Assembly (NCBI GenBank): GCA_963764725.1
Contig: CAVXTM010000002.1
Coordinates: 1 to 64,000, forward strand
From: an uncultured Gammaproteobacteria bacterium
Lineage (GTDB): Bacteria; Pseudomonadota; Gammaproteobacteria; JACCXJ01
Direction of reading: 5' to 3'
DNA: 64,000 nucleotides
Shown: positions 1 through 10,512 of the stretch, in pieces
How the letters are laid out: each line of letters begins with the position of its first letter
Position numbering within the stretch: the stretch's first letter is position 1
Program-made: the position numbers and the translations under genes
Notes under the pieces: generated by a model
What the model saw: only the letters and a program-made list of their open reading frames with translations
Told to the model about the DNA's origin: nothing
Database searches by the model: none

Positions 1-47
1 GGCCTCCGGAGCCAAAGGTCAGAGGTTCGAATCCTCTAGGGCGCGCC
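1..47 (+). tRNA. tRNA-Arg(CCG), 3' portion (5' end lies before the window)
   Basis: Anticodon arm GGC-CT-CCG-GA-GCC, T-arm AGAGG-TTCGAAT-CCTCT, acceptor strand GGGCGCG. Confidence 0.9.
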
Positions 48-470
48 CTTAAAGCAGTTATATATCGCATACTTAACGCACTCACAAGGAACTGGTTAAA
101 ACCGCAACTAACCACTAATTGGCATAGTTAGTGGGCCACAAGTCACCTACTCAGCAGTATCAGCACGTCCGTGTCGAGTATCAATCCCATTTGAGCGGCG
201 TATCGACAACCGAAGACAATCTAGAGGCGATGTCGTCCAGAAACACATCGACGTTATTATTTTCAAGCGACGGCAACGACCGGAAGCAGGCGCGAGAAGC
301 GCCCCATAGTCACCGCTATGAGGTGATCCCGGCGGGATTGCGGATCTGCCTCTTTCTTACAATGACTCGTCTTGACAGGTAGTCGCTCAACATATTCAGA
401 CTGCAATGTTGACCCTTTGCAAAATTTGACCTGTTCGTAAAGATGAACTCCACTCAAGGCATCTAAGCCA

Positions 471-2603
471 ATGTATAAGGTGACACTGAAGTATTTAGCT
501 GGGGTTACGGCCTTCACTTTGGTTTATGTTGCTGCAGCGTGGTTTGGATTGTGGCTGGTTCCGGGTGTTCAGAACAGTGTCACTCCCGTTTGGCCTCCTG
601 CCGGCATCGCCCTCGCGGTGATCCTGGTTTTTGGGTACCGGTTTTGGCCGGGGATCTTGATCGGTGCGGTTGCGATAACGGCTTTTTCCGGCTTTCCTGT
701 CAAGACCGCACTGGGTATCGGCGTGGGAAACACCCTGGAAGCGATGCTGGCTGCCTATCTATTGCAGCGGGTCGGGGCGTTTCATCGGGCGCTCGACCGC
801 CTCTGGGATGTATTAGGGTTCGTGGCCATGACCTCCGTTTGTGCGGCCATCCTCGGAGCTACGATAGGAGTGGCTAGTTTATGGTGGGGCCAGGTAGTGG
901 ACCGCACCACGGCCGTCCCGACCTGGTGGACGTGGTGGCTGGGTGATGGCATGGGGATGTTGTTGGTCACGCCGCTGCTCTTGACCTGGAGCCGTAAATG
1001 GCGCGGCGACTGGACCTTAGCTCAGGTCATGGAGGCCGCCGGTCTGCTCACGCTGCTGATCATTCTGAGCATGCTTTTTTTCGGTGGTTGGGTGCTGCCC
1101 CCGCTCAGCTACCCGCCCGAATACCTGTTCTTTCCATTCGTCGCTTGGGCGGCGCTGCGGCTCGGGCCTCGCGGAAGCGCGCTGACCGTGTTCGCTGCGA
1201 CGGCGATCACGATCTGGGATTGGGGAAACGGTTTCAGCGCGGCGGCGGCAAAGGGCGAACTGGAAAGTCTCCTAGAGCTACTGAGTTTCTTAGGCATACT
1301 GTCAGTGACGGGAATGACGCTTGCCGCGGTAACGAGCGAGCACCGGGGAGCGGAAATGGCGCTCCGGAGGCGGACGACAGAATTAGCGGAACTGAATCTC
1401 GCGCTCAATGCAGAAATCGTTCAGCGCAAGCGCGCAGAACGCCTGGCGCGCGGCCAAACGGAAGCGCTGGCGAAGTCTCTGGTGCTTCTCTCCGCGGAAC
1501 CGGATCTAGAAAAGTTTTGGGGGCATTCTCTGAAGGCGATGGTTGAGGAGCTAGAGGGAACCGGTGGTGCCTTGTGGTTTCCGGATTACGATGCGCGTGT
1601 CCTGCGCTTGCACCTTGAATGTGTCGATGGCCGGATCCTTACCGCCGCTGAGTCCGTGCATCCGGCGGCGCGACAGTCTATCTCCTTCGAGGAAGGTCCG
1701 ATGTCATTAGACCACGACGAAGGGAGCAGGGCCCGGTTTTACAGCGAGGGCGATCCTGCAATCCCGCCAGCCATGTCGAAGTATCTCCGAGCTATCGGCG
1801 TCAAGAGCCTGTTAAGCGTGTCCATGGTGGTCAGCGAGCGGGCGATTGCCTGGATGACGGTTCGCAGCGACGAGAGCCGACTCCCGGACCCGGATAGCAC
1901 GCTAGGCTTCGCCGAAGCACTCGGGCAACAGGCCACGCTCGCCATCCAGATGGCCCGGCTGAGCGAACAAGCAAGCGAGTCGGCCGTGCTCGCCGAACGC
2001 AACCGGATCGCGCGCGACATCCATGATACCCTGGCGCAAGGGTTCACCGGCGTGATCTTGCAATTGCAGGCCGCCGAGGATGCCCTGGTCAGCGGCGATG
2101 CGGCGCCCGTGAAAACGCATATCTCACGGGCAAGCGAGCTTGCGCGCAGCGCCCTCGCCGAAGCGCGCCGCTCGGTGCGGGCAGTGCGTCCCAAGGTTCT
2201 CGAAGCGCAAGCCCTGCCCGCAGCGCTCGATACTATGGTCCGAAAAATGACTCGCGATACTCGCATAGAGCCCAAGCTCAGCGTGGTAGGCCAACCGAAG
2301 CCGCTTACGGAGGAGTGCGAAGATGAGATCATGCGCATCGTACAAGAGTCCCTGACCAATACAATCAAACATGCCAACGCGAGCAGATTCGAGGTCAAGA
2401 TCTTATTCGAACCGCACAGGACACAGCTACAGATCCTCGATGATGGAAAGGGATTCGACCCCACACTCCCTTACGATGGGTTTGGGTTGATCGGTATGAA
2501 AGAAAGGGCCAGCCGCATCGGTGGAGAACTCTGCATAACGAGCGCGTCCGGCAAAGGCTCCGAGATTAGGGTCGCGTTGGGATCGGCGCAACATGAGACA
2601 TGA
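471..2603 (+). CDS. MASE1-domain sensor histidine kinase (MASE1-GAF-like-HisKA_3-HATPase)
   Basis: Multi-TM N-terminus with PVWPPAGIA and WWLGD motifs; H-box ERNRIARDIHDTLAQ; QESLTNTIKHA, DDGKGF, GFGLIGMKERA. Confidence 0.93.
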   Translation: MYKVTLKYLAGVTAFTLVYVAAAWFGLWLVPGVQNSVTPVWPPAGIALAVILVFGYRFWPGILIGAVAITAFSGFPVKTALGIGVGNTLEAMLAAYLLQRVGAFHRALDRLWDVLGFVAMTSVCAAILGATIGVASLWWGQVVDRTTAVPTWWTWWLGDGMGMLLVTPLLLTWSRKWRGDWTLAQVMEAAGLLTLLIILSMLFFGGWVLPPLSYPPEYLFFPFVAWAALRLGPRGSALTVFAATAITIWDWGNGFSAAAAKGELESLLELLSFLGILSVTGMTLAAVTSEHRGAEMALRRRTTELAELNLALNAEIVQRKRAERLARGQTEALAKSLVLLSAEPDLEKFWGHSLKAMVEELEGTGGALWFPDYDARVLRLHLECVDGRILTAAESVHPAARQSISFEEGPMSLDHDEGSRARFYSEGDPAIPPAMSKYLRAIGVKSLLSVSMVVSERAIAWMTVRSDESRLPDPDSTLGFAEALGQQATLAIQMARLSEQASESAVLAERNRIARDIHDTLAQGFTGVILQLQAAEDALVSGDAAPVKTHISRASELARSALAEARRSVRAVRPKVLEAQALPAALDTMVRKMTRDTRIEPKLSVVGQPKPLTEECEDEIMRIVQESLTNTIKHANASRFEVKILFEPHRTQLQILDDGKGFDPTLPYDGFGLIGMKERASRIGGELCITSASGKGSEIRVALGSAQHET

Positions 2604-3271
2604 CTAGTCCATCCTTTGACGCACCGGGCGTGCCCCAGCCGGGATCCGCATTGAGCAAGATTCGGATTCTGATCGCTGACGATCACCTCGTCGTTCGGGA
2701 GGGACTCGTAGCGATCCTGAACCGACAAAGTGATATGACCGTCATCGGCGAAGCAGGTAATGGCCACGAGGCGCTCGAACAGTGGCGCAATCACCGCCCG
2801 GATGTCACCTTGATGGACCTGCGCATGCCCGAGATGTCCGGCGTAGAGACTATCATTGCAATCCGGGAGGAAGACGACAAGGCTTCGGTTATTATATTGA
2901 CGACCTACGATAGCGATGAGGATGTTTACCGCGGAATGCGAGCGGGCGCCAAGGCCTATCTTTTGAAGGACGCCCACCGCGAGGAACTGCTGAACTGCAT
3001 CCGAGCTGTATATGCAGGGAAGACTTTCATCTCGCCCGGAGTCGCTTCAAAATTAGCCAGCCGCCTCCGTGAGGACGAGCTCACTCCCAGGGAGCTGGAA
3101 ATCCTTAACTTAGTAGCCCAAGGCCTGAGCAACAAGCTTATCGCCCGGGCCTTGGCGATCAGCGAAGGCACCGTCAAGACGCACGTCAAGAATCTTCTCG
3201 AAAAACTCGATGCCACCAGTCGGACGGAGGCCTTAGCTGTGGCCGCACGGCGTGGGTTGATCACGCTTTAA
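2600..3271 (+). CDS. NarL/FixJ-family response regulator (REC + LuxR HTH)
   Basis: IADDH, MDLRMP, LTPRELEIL...SEGTVKTHVKNLLEKL; ATGA overlap with the kinase. Confidence 0.95.
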   Translation: MTSPSFDAPGVPQPGSALSKIRILIADDHLVVREGLVAILNRQSDMTVIGEAGNGHEALEQWRNHRPDVTLMDLRMPEMSGVETIIAIREEDDKASVIILTTYDSDEDVYRGMRAGAKAYLLKDAHREELLNCIRAVYAGKTFISPGVASKLASRLREDELTPRELEILNLVAQGLSNKLIARALAISEGTVKTHVKNLLEKLDATSRTEALAVAARRGLITL

Positions 3272-3425
3272 TTACCGACCGGCTTCCCGCTGAAAGAGCG
3301 TTTGCTCTCTCTCAAAAGAGTTAGTCGTTGCCTCACCGCAAGAGAGGGATTGGTCTCTTGCTTTAGTCTTGCTTTGAGATCCAACTTTCACCGGATAGCT
3401 CTTGGCCGCTCCGCGGGCGATACTG
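3118..3425 (+). repeat. Copy 1 of repeated unit: regulator 3' end plus downstream promoter region
   Basis: Near-identical to 9786-10093; its 3' part matches 11962-12146. Confidence 0.95.
3379..3424 (+). promoter_or_regulatory. 18-bp box ATCCAACTTTCACCGGAT + 22 bp + GATACT (-10-like)
   Basis: Same box and spacing at 3598, 10047 and 12100. Confidence 0.65.
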
Positions 3426-3597
3426 ACTATTGTTACAGGTTTAAATTGGCTCTGCTCCGGGTTGGGCACGCCTTGCACTCGCGTACTGCACGCACTCTCC
3501 GTTATTGCTATCTGGCGAGCGACGGCTGCCTCGAAAGGGCTAGCCGCTACCCTACTGTAATAGGTAACTTGCTATCCCACGTTAGTGGTGTTGTTAC

Positions 3598-3643
3598 ATC
3601 CAACTTTCACCGGATATCGTTCGGCTGCTGGCACGGCCATACT
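3598..3643 (+). promoter_or_regulatory. 18-bp box + 22 bp + CATACT, upstream of a small membrane protein
   Basis: Box identical while flanks and spacer have diverged. Confidence 0.65.
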
Positions 3644-3719
3644 TGGCATCAACGGAGCTCGAACGGTCACGCGAGAGCTTCGGAGTTAAGTATAACTTAC
3701 CATTAAAGGAGACACTATC

Positions 3720-3908
3720 ATGTTCGACTTCATGGGTTATGTATCAACACTGTACGCTACTCCGGGGGGAGCAGCGATGGTAGCACTAATTGCCTGCTTG
3801 ATCTTCGGCGTCGTAACGTTCGGGCTATACAAGTGGGTCAACCGCGAGCCTCAAACGCAGGACACGGAAGAGCACATCGGCGGAGCCAGCCGTGCTGAAC
3901 GCCGTTAA
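3720..3908 (+). CDS. Small single-TM protein (62 aa)
   Basis: RBS AAGGAG; hydrophobic stretch AAMVALIACLIFGVVTFGLY. Confidence 0.7.
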   Translation: MFDFMGYVSTLYATPGGAAMVALIACLIFGVVTFGLYKWVNREPQTQDTEEHIGGASRAERR

Positions 3909-4120
3909 CCGTAGGGTAGCAGCGGCTACGGATCGAGGGGTATCCGGCTGACTACCGCGGTTGGCCTGGCGGGGTCGTTCCGCCTTGGGCGGCGCGACCC
4001 CAAAAGCCGGGACCAACATGCATAAGGGTACTACGATGATGAACGTTGTCGCATAACGCATGATTTGGCCCATCAGCCGTCGTTAGCGAATAAATCTATT
4101 TGAGTAACGGAGGACCGATC

Positions 4121-4270
4121 ATGTTGGAGTGGCACTTTATATTGGTCTTATTGGCCGCAGCGGCGGTGATTGCCTTTGCGATCCTCTACGCAAGAGACAA
4201 AAGGAATGCATCAAAAGATGCACTCGCTCGCGACGATCGTGACGATGTGAAGATGGATGAGACCCGTTGA
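4121..4270 (+). CDS. Small single-TM protein (49 aa, not in ORF track)
   Basis: RBS GGAGG; MLEWHFILVLLAAAAVIAFAILYARDKR...; in-frame paralog at 16630-16772. Confidence 0.7.
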   Translation: MLEWHFILVLLAAAAVIAFAILYARDKRNASKDALARDDRDDVKMDETR

Positions 4271-4375
4271 AGCGGCCAAAAGACCACCGATATCGAACGG
4301 GGCAGTCGCGCTCGGGCGTCGTGTGGATTAAGAAAGAAATCACAAGCGACACCCAAATACGATGGAGGCAACTGC

Positions 4376-5413
4376 ATGTTTGAGCTCATACTAAAATGGC
4401 CAACGGTTTCTCACACCGTACAGACCGTTTCCCAAAGGCTGCGCCGCCTGTTGAGGAGTCTCGTTATTCCGCTCGCGGTAGCTGCACTGGTGTTTTTTGG
4501 ACTGGCACTCTATTGGAGCATCGCGCCGCCCGTCTTTGACGTGAGGGAGGTGGCCTTGCGGCAGTCGGGAAATGACCCGAAAAAACTGGTGCCGGGCGCC
4601 GTGACGACGGCCACTCTGATCGAAGTCACTACCTCGCTGCTTGAGAAGAGAGGCGGTTTCCTCTCCAACGATATAAACCCGGTCTCGCTATGGCTCGATA
4701 ACATGCCCCATTGGGAGTTCGGCGCGCTGGTGCAGGTCCGGGATTTCACCCGGGTGCTGCGCAACGATTTCGGCCGTTCACAGTCGCAGTCGAAGGAAGA
4801 CCCCGATTTAGCAACCGCCGATCCGCAGTTTCATTTCAACGATGAATCGTGGATCTTCCCGACCACGGAAGGCCAATACCGGGAGGGGATCGAGGCCTTG
4901 AAACGGTACCTCGTGAGGCTCGAGAACGGGGATGCCCGGTTCTTCGTTCGTAACGATAATCTCCTCTCCCTGTTGGAGTTGGTGGCCAAGCGCCTCGGTG
5001 ACCTGGCGCATCGGCTGAGCGCGGGCGTCGGTATAGAGAATCTCGATACCTATGCGATCTGGGACCTGTCTGCGGATAAAGCCGCCCCGGAAGTCAGTGC
5101 AGTCGCTTATAAAACCCCGTGGTTACATATCGACGATGTGTTTTACGAGGCACGCGGTGCGACTTGGGCGCTGCTGCATTTCATGTATGCGATCCAGATC
5201 GATTTCGCGCCGGTCCTACACGACAGGAAGGCCATGGCGAGCTTCAAGCAAATCATACGCAAGCTCGACCAGGCGGAAAAACGTATGTGGAGTCCCATCG
5301 TCCTAAACGGGACCGGATATGGAGTGGTAGCCAATCATTCGCTGGCGTTGGCGTCGTACATATCGCGCGCCGACTCCGCGGTGCTCGACCTGCTCGATTT
5401 GCTCAAACAATGA
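4376..5413 (+). CDS. DUF2333-family protein
   Basis: GGFLSND...LDNMPHWEFGALVQVRD, IDDVFYEARG and ANHSL motifs; N-terminal TM; RBS GGAGG. Confidence 0.85.
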   Translation: MFELILKWPTVSHTVQTVSQRLRRLLRSLVIPLAVAALVFFGLALYWSIAPPVFDVREVALRQSGNDPKKLVPGAVTTATLIEVTTSLLEKRGGFLSNDINPVSLWLDNMPHWEFGALVQVRDFTRVLRNDFGRSQSQSKEDPDLATADPQFHFNDESWIFPTTEGQYREGIEALKRYLVRLENGDARFFVRNDNLLSLLELVAKRLGDLAHRLSAGVGIENLDTYAIWDLSADKAAPEVSAVAYKTPWLHIDDVFYEARGATWALLHFMYAIQIDFAPVLHDRKAMASFKQIIRKLDQAEKRMWSPIVLNGTGYGVVANHSLALASYISRADSAVLDLLDLLKQ

Positions 5414-5495
5414 GCCTACTGCGGTTAGTTGTCGCTTTCCTAGGTGCTCGGTAGCCTCGTAGTCCCCTTTTCCATATCGATTTTGAGGTTATCCG

Positions 5496-6190
5496 ATGAA
5501 CAAGCAAAAATACAAAATTGACCTGCACCACGCTCCGAGATATATCCTCGCCGGCGCGCTGATATTGACACCGGCTCTGGTGACCTGGCTGGTGTTTGAA
5601 TTCCTGTTCCATACTTTGTTTCACTTGGGGCGACCCGGGGTGTCGGCGTTTGACAAGGCCATTGATCGTGTCTCCCCCGGGTTTGCGGAATGGTTGTTTA
5701 CCCCCTCGGTGGAATACCTAAGTGCAGTGGCGCTCAACCTGGTGGTGCTTTATTTCTTGGGTTGGGCAACCACTCAGGTATTGGGTCGGCGCTTGCTGGC
5801 CTGGTTTGAGTCGCTGCTCGACCGCCTTCCCTGGGTAAAGACGATCTATGATAGTATCAAGATATTCCTTGCGGCCTTCAAAACCAAGTCGGCGAGCGGG
5901 TCGTTCTGATAGATTTTCCGTCACCGGAGATGAAGACCATCGGGTTGGTGACTCGAACTATGATCGATGAGGTGAGTGGAGAGGAATTGGCGGTAGTGTA
6001 TGTCCCGACCTCGCCCAACCCGACGTCCGGTTTCATACAAATTATGTCGTTGACAAAGGTTATCTCGACAACCTGGACGCTCGACGAAGCGATGCAATTC
6101 CTCTTGACCGCGGGCACCGCAGCGCCCGACACCATTACTTTTGCGAGGAATGTCGACACCCGAGACAAACCTGCGCTAGCACCGGAATAG
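5496..6190 (+). pseudogene. DUF502-family membrane protein, frameshifted near 5890
   Basis: First frame ...LLDRLPWVKTIYDS; continues in another frame as ERVVLIDFPSPEMKTIGLVT...VYVPTSPNPTSG. Confidence 0.85.
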
Positions 6191-6249
6191 CCACAAGGGC
6201 AGGGCTTTAGCACGTCGGTGAAGACGTTTCCGCGACATTGGGCTGCTGC

Positions 6250-6535
6250 TCTGCTGATAGCGGCAGCCTTCATCGGTATCGAAGTCAAGTGGCTGCTGAT
6301 CGGGCAGAGCGCCGATCTCGCGGTGCAGGAAGAAATCCGCCGCTTTCTGGCCGCGAAGAGATTTCCGAAGTTCTGAACCTGGTCACGTTGCAGCATGGCG
6401 CCGATGTCGCTCAAGGTACGCATGACGGAGAACATTTCGGCAATCGCAATGATCGAAACGATCAATTGCTGCGAACGCGCGTTGCCGCGCGGCGTTTCCG
6501 CATGCGCTGGCTGTTTTTCGAGCCGGATGTGAGAA
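6250..6535 (+). pseudogene. Remnant of a cation diffusion facilitator C-terminal region
   Basis: Broken frames read LLIAAAFIGIEVKWLLIGQSA / EVLNLVTLQHG / IETINCCERAL / RWLFFEPD. Confidence 0.55.
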
Positions 6536-6759
6536 AATATACGAAGGTCGGCAGATGCATTAACACGCAGGATCAATACACTCGGCGGGTGATCATCGCT
6601 GCGTCGATCGAGCGCGGCGCCAGACCCAGAATTACCGGGATGCGATCCGTGCTTCGGCAGGTAATTCTTACAAACGAGCCGGCAATCCTTACCAGCAAAG
6701 AATCTCAGGATCCTTTGCCACGAAACCTATGTCGTTGACTAGCACTGGACTTCGCGGCG

Positions 6760-6915
6760 CAAACGTTGATTACGGCAAAGCGCCTGCCGGTACTATGAAC
6801 GCGATGTAGGCAGTGCAGCAATACGTGAACGAATCGAGCCTCGAACCCCGGCTGCTCGAATTGGTGAAGCGTGCTTCGCAAATCAACGCGGCGCGGTGGA
6901 GCGCTTGATATGGCC
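6760..6915 (+). pseudogene. Remnant of an AhpD/carboxymuconolactone decarboxylase-family gene
   Basis: AM*AVQQYVNESSLEPRLLELVKRASQIN with in-frame stop; CxxC lost. Confidence 0.55.
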
Positions 6916-7074
6916 ATCATGTGCGGACCGTTCGGATTTGACTGGGAGAGCGAGATCGAGAGGATTGAATGGGTCGAACCGGGCAAGGAAATCAAAGATC
7001 CGGACGATCGGATGGGTTGTTCGACGGCTTCCGGTTCGATGAAGGTCGACTCCTGAGGTGTAAGAACGCATTGT

Positions 7075-7986
7075 TTGCTGAGTACCATTATGCAATATAG
7101 GAGGGTTAAGATATTGAAGGACGATTGGGTACTGATTGTCTTCGTGACCTGGTTCTTCGTATTGACCGGGTTGGGGTTTTATCAGCTACAAGGAGACGCT
7201 GCTTCCAGCAGTCATCAGCAAGATGTGGCATTGACAACGGACGCACAAGCCGAAATCGAGACCAAAACTAACGAGAGCGTGACCGACAAAGCACAACGAG
7301 CCCAGGAAAACCTCGCCCCGGAAGTCGATGGAGGCCCAGGAGAGGCAGGCCCAAAGCGACAGTCCGCTGACCCAGCAGCGGTTGCGGAGACGAGCGAGCA
7401 GCCCGAAGCACGGGGCCCGACCGATACCGACGGAGATGGGGTGGCCGATGTCCGTGATCGATGTGAGGATACGGCAGCAGGCATGGGCGTGGGCGCGGAT
7501 GGATGCCGCCTAACAGGGCGCCTGCGGGACCCTGTGGATAAGGATGGGGACCAAGTAGCGGAATACCTCGATGAGTGCCCGAGGACGGTTGAAGGCGCCA
7601 AGGTGGATGAAAAAGGCTGTGCGCAGATCGAGCAGCCCTTGACTAGGCTTGAAGATGTGCTCTTCGAATCGGGTAGAGCGGCGTTAACGCCCAGGGCAAA
7701 AGAGACCTTGACCGAGCTAATTTCCATTCTCGAGAACAATCCTGACATCCGGATCCGTCTCGAAGGTCATACGGATAACGTAGGCAACGAGAGGTCCAAC
7801 GAGATGCTCTCACAGAAAAGGGCGGAGTCGATCAAAGCCTACCTGGTGTCAGAAGGTCTCGACGGCTCACGGATCAAGACCATCGGCATAGGTGAGAGCA
7901 ATCCCATTGCAACCAATGAAACCGAGCAGGGCAGAGCGCGAAACCGCAGGGTCAACATCATGAGGGCAAAAGCCGACATCCGGTAG
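7075..7986 (+). CDS. OmpA-family protein with thrombospondin type-3-like repeats (start uncertain)
   Basis: DTDGDGVADVRDRC and DKDGDQVAEYLDECP repeats; EGHTDNVG...LSQKRAESI...RARNRRV. Confidence 0.9.
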   Translation: MLSTIMQYRRVKILKDDWVLIVFVTWFFVLTGLGFYQLQGDAASSSHQQDVALTTDAQAEIETKTNESVTDKAQRAQENLAPEVDGGPGEAGPKRQSADPAAVAETSEQPEARGPTDTDGDGVADVRDRCEDTAAGMGVGADGCRLTGRLRDPVDKDGDQVAEYLDECPRTVEGAKVDEKGCAQIEQPLTRLEDVLFESGRAALTPRAKETLTELISILENNPDIRIRLEGHTDNVGNERSNEMLSQKRAESIKAYLVSEGLDGSRIKTIGIGESNPIATNETEQGRARNRRVNIMRAKADIR

Positions 7987-8285
7987 CCCTCAACGAATTT
8001 CGGCAGGCTACTCGCATGGAGCCCGATTTCATGATGGCTTATTGGGGCGAGGCGATGGCGCACAACCACCCACTCTGGGGCGACCCGCAGGAGACTGCGG
8101 CCGGACGCGAGGTGATCGAGAAGATCCGGATCTCGCCGGAGCTGGCACCGCGTGAACGCGCTTGGTTGAACGCGGTGGAGGTCTTGTACGGGGAGGGCGG
8201 CAAGGTGGCGCGCGACAAGGCCTATGCGGAGGCGATGGAAAAAATTTACCGCGCTTACCCAAACGATGCGGAGGCCGCGCTCTTA
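7987..8285 (+). pseudogene. Internal fragment of a TPR-like protein
   Basis: EPDFMMAYWGEAMAHNHPLW...YAEAMEKIYRAYPND; no proper start or end. Confidence 0.55.
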
Positions 8286-8368
8286 CCTAGTTGGTATAAT
8301 GCATTTAGGAGCAGGTGAGCCTCGGTTTTCGCGGCGCTTGACGGCGTCTTTGCTTATAGGGAAGCCAA

Positions 8369-9670
8369 ATGATCTACGCGATCGATATTCTCATCATCTC
8401 CTTACTCGTTCTGATCAATGGCTTTTTTGCGATGGCGGAGATCGCGGTCGTCTCCTCGCGCAAGCCGAGACTGAAGAGCCTCGCCGAGCAACGGCATCGC
8501 GGCGCTAAGGTCGCGCTGAGGCTCGCCGAGCAACCCGCTCGTTTTCTCTCCACGGTGCAGATTGGCATTACCTTCGTGGGGATCTTTGCCGGCGTCTTTG
8601 GGGGCGAAGAACTCGCACCGCCGCTCGAAGCGTACTTGGAGACGACCGATCTTCTTGCCCCCTGGAGCGAGGAGCTCGCGATTCTGATCATCGTCGCCGG
8701 CATCACCTACGCATCGCTGATCATCGGGGAGCTCGTCCCGAAACAGCTTGCCCTCTTGAACCCCGAGCGCATCGCCACGCTCGTAGCCCCGCCGATGGCA
8801 CTTTTATCTCGGATTGCCGCTCCCCTCGTCTATGTGCTCGAGGGCTCCTCGCGCCTGCTATTGCATCTGTTGAGCCGCGGCGTGCGCGAGATTACGGTGA
8901 CCGACGAAGAGGTCAAGGCGGTCATCGCCGAGGGCGTTGAGGATGGCGTGATCGCTCCCAAGGAGCAAGAAATGATCATAGGCGTCATGCGGCTCGCGGA
9001 CTGGCGGGTACGGGCGCTGATGACGCCACGCCGCGAGCTTGCCTGGATCGACATCGAGGATGATCCCGTGGAGATCGAGCGGCGAATCCGCGCGACGCCC
9101 TATTCCCGCGTGCTGGTTACGCGCGGTGGCCTGGACCGCCCGATCGGAATCGTACAGGCCAAGGATCTGCTGCAGCGCTGCCTAGCCGGCCAAGCGTTGG
9201 ACATCAAAAGCATGATGCGTCAGCCCCTCTATGTCCGTGGCAATATGCTCGCCATCCAGCTCCTGGAAATGTTCAAGAAATCCCCGATCCATCTGGCGGT
9301 AGTGGTCGATGCGCAGCGAAGCGTGGATGGGATCGTCACGCCCACCGATGTATTGAAGATACTCCTGGGTGGTCTCGCGGAAATGGGGATACAAGCGGAG
9401 CCACAGATCATCGAGCGCGCGGACGGCTCGTGGTTACTTGACGGTGACCTGGATATCGATGTCATCAAGGACCTCTTGAGCCTTAAGGATATCTCCGGCG
9501 AAGAACATTTTTACACGCTCGCCGGCTTTATCCTCGCGCGACTTGAGCAGCTTCCCACCTCAGGTGATCACTTCGAGTGGGAGGGGTTTTACTTCGAGGT
9601 TATGGACATGGATGGCCCGCGCATCGATAAAGTGCTCGTCGCACGCGCCCCTTACGTCACCCCTGGGTAG
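8369..9670 (+). CDS. Hemolysin/CorB-family transporter (CNNM-CBS-CBS-CorC_HlyC)
   Basis: NGFFAMAEIAVVS, FLSTVQIGIT, GELVPKQLA, MTPRRE, YTLAGFI, MDGPRIDKVL. Confidence 0.92.
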   Translation: MIYAIDILIISLLVLINGFFAMAEIAVVSSRKPRLKSLAEQRHRGAKVALRLAEQPARFLSTVQIGITFVGIFAGVFGGEELAPPLEAYLETTDLLAPWSEELAILIIVAGITYASLIIGELVPKQLALLNPERIATLVAPPMALLSRIAAPLVYVLEGSSRLLLHLLSRGVREITVTDEEVKAVIAEGVEDGVIAPKEQEMIIGVMRLADWRVRALMTPRRELAWIDIEDDPVEIERRIRATPYSRVLVTRGGLDRPIGIVQAKDLLQRCLAGQALDIKSMMRQPLYVRGNMLAIQLLEMFKKSPIHLAVVVDAQRSVDGIVTPTDVLKILLGGLAEMGIQAEPQIIERADGSWLLDGDLDIDVIKDLLSLKDISGEEHFYTLAGFILARLEQLPTSGDHFEWEGFYFEVMDMDGPRIDKVLVARAPYVTPG

Positions 9671-9741
9671 AACCAGTACACCATCCGAAAGTGATTCGCA
9701 CCGCCGCGAGCTCAAAAGCTCCACGTTATTACGTATCTAGG

Positions 9742-9761
9742 TCTCTACCGAAAGGTAGAGA
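9742..9761. promoter_or_regulatory. Perfect inverted repeat TCTCTACC-GAAA-GGTAGAGA
   Basis: 8-bp arms; size and AAAG/CTTT core resemble the repeated 18-bp box; could instead be a GNRA RNA hairpin. Confidence 0.45.
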
Positions 9762-9785
9762 TCGTTCTCTCGCTTTAGCACCGGT

Positions 9786-10093
9786 CCAAGGCCTGAGCAA
9801 TAAGCTTATCGCCCGGGCCTTAGAGATCAGCGAAGGCACCGTCAAGACGCGCGTCAAGAATCTTCTCGAAAAACTCGATGCCACGACCCGGACGGAGGCC
9901 TTAGCCGTGGCCGCACGGCGTGGGTTGATCACGCTTTAGTTACCGACCGGCCTCTCGCTGAAAGAGCGTTTGTCCTCTCTCAAAAGAGTTAGTAGTTGCC
10001 CCGCCGCAAGAGAGGGATTGGTCTCTTGCTTTAGTCTTGCTTTGAGATCCAACTTTCACCGGATAGCTCTTACCCGCTCCGCGGGTGATACTG
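9786..10093 (+). repeat. Copy 2 of repeated unit; includes truncated LuxR-HTH duplicate (9786-9939) and box at 10047-10064
   Basis: QGLSNKLIARALEISEGTVKTRVKNLLEKL...GLITL nearly identical to the regulator C-terminus. Confidence 0.95.
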
Positions 10094-10151
10094 TCTATGG
10101 TTATTAGAGTGGTACCGGTGCCTGTTCCTGGAAACTTCAACTTCACAGTTC

Positions 10152-10241
10152 ATGACTCCGAATCCGCTAGTGCTGCTGATTATTGCTATGATTTTAGCGT
10201 TCGTGTGGCTGGCCACCCGAAGCCCATTGATCGGCGGCTGA
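10152..10241 (+). CDS. Putative 29-aa single-TM peptide
   Basis: MTPNPLVLLIIAMILAFVWLATRSPLIGG, just downstream of promoter copy 2; weak RBS. Confidence 0.4.
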   Translation: MTPNPLVLLIIAMILAFVWLATRSPLIGG

Positions 10242-10512
10242 ATTATCGCGAGCGCAGGTTACAAACCGCCGCGAGGCGGCAGTTTGGCCCTTCCAGCCGA
10301 TTCATCTCCTCTATGGTGCGCGTACACCACCTATGCTGTGGCGCAGATCGTCCGCGCAGGAACAGGCTCGAGGTGAGCAGTACTGCGGAGATCGCGCGCC
10401 TCTTCAGCTTACTTTCAGTTCCGGACAACATGATGAAAGGTGGTGGTCGTTCCGAAACTCGATTTCGATAAAGTAATCTTAGAATAAGTCTAATATTCAA
10501 GGCAGGTGATGT

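Noticed and set aside
3971-4001. Strong hairpin as a terminator
   Set aside because: No U-tract follows on either strand; function cannot be assigned
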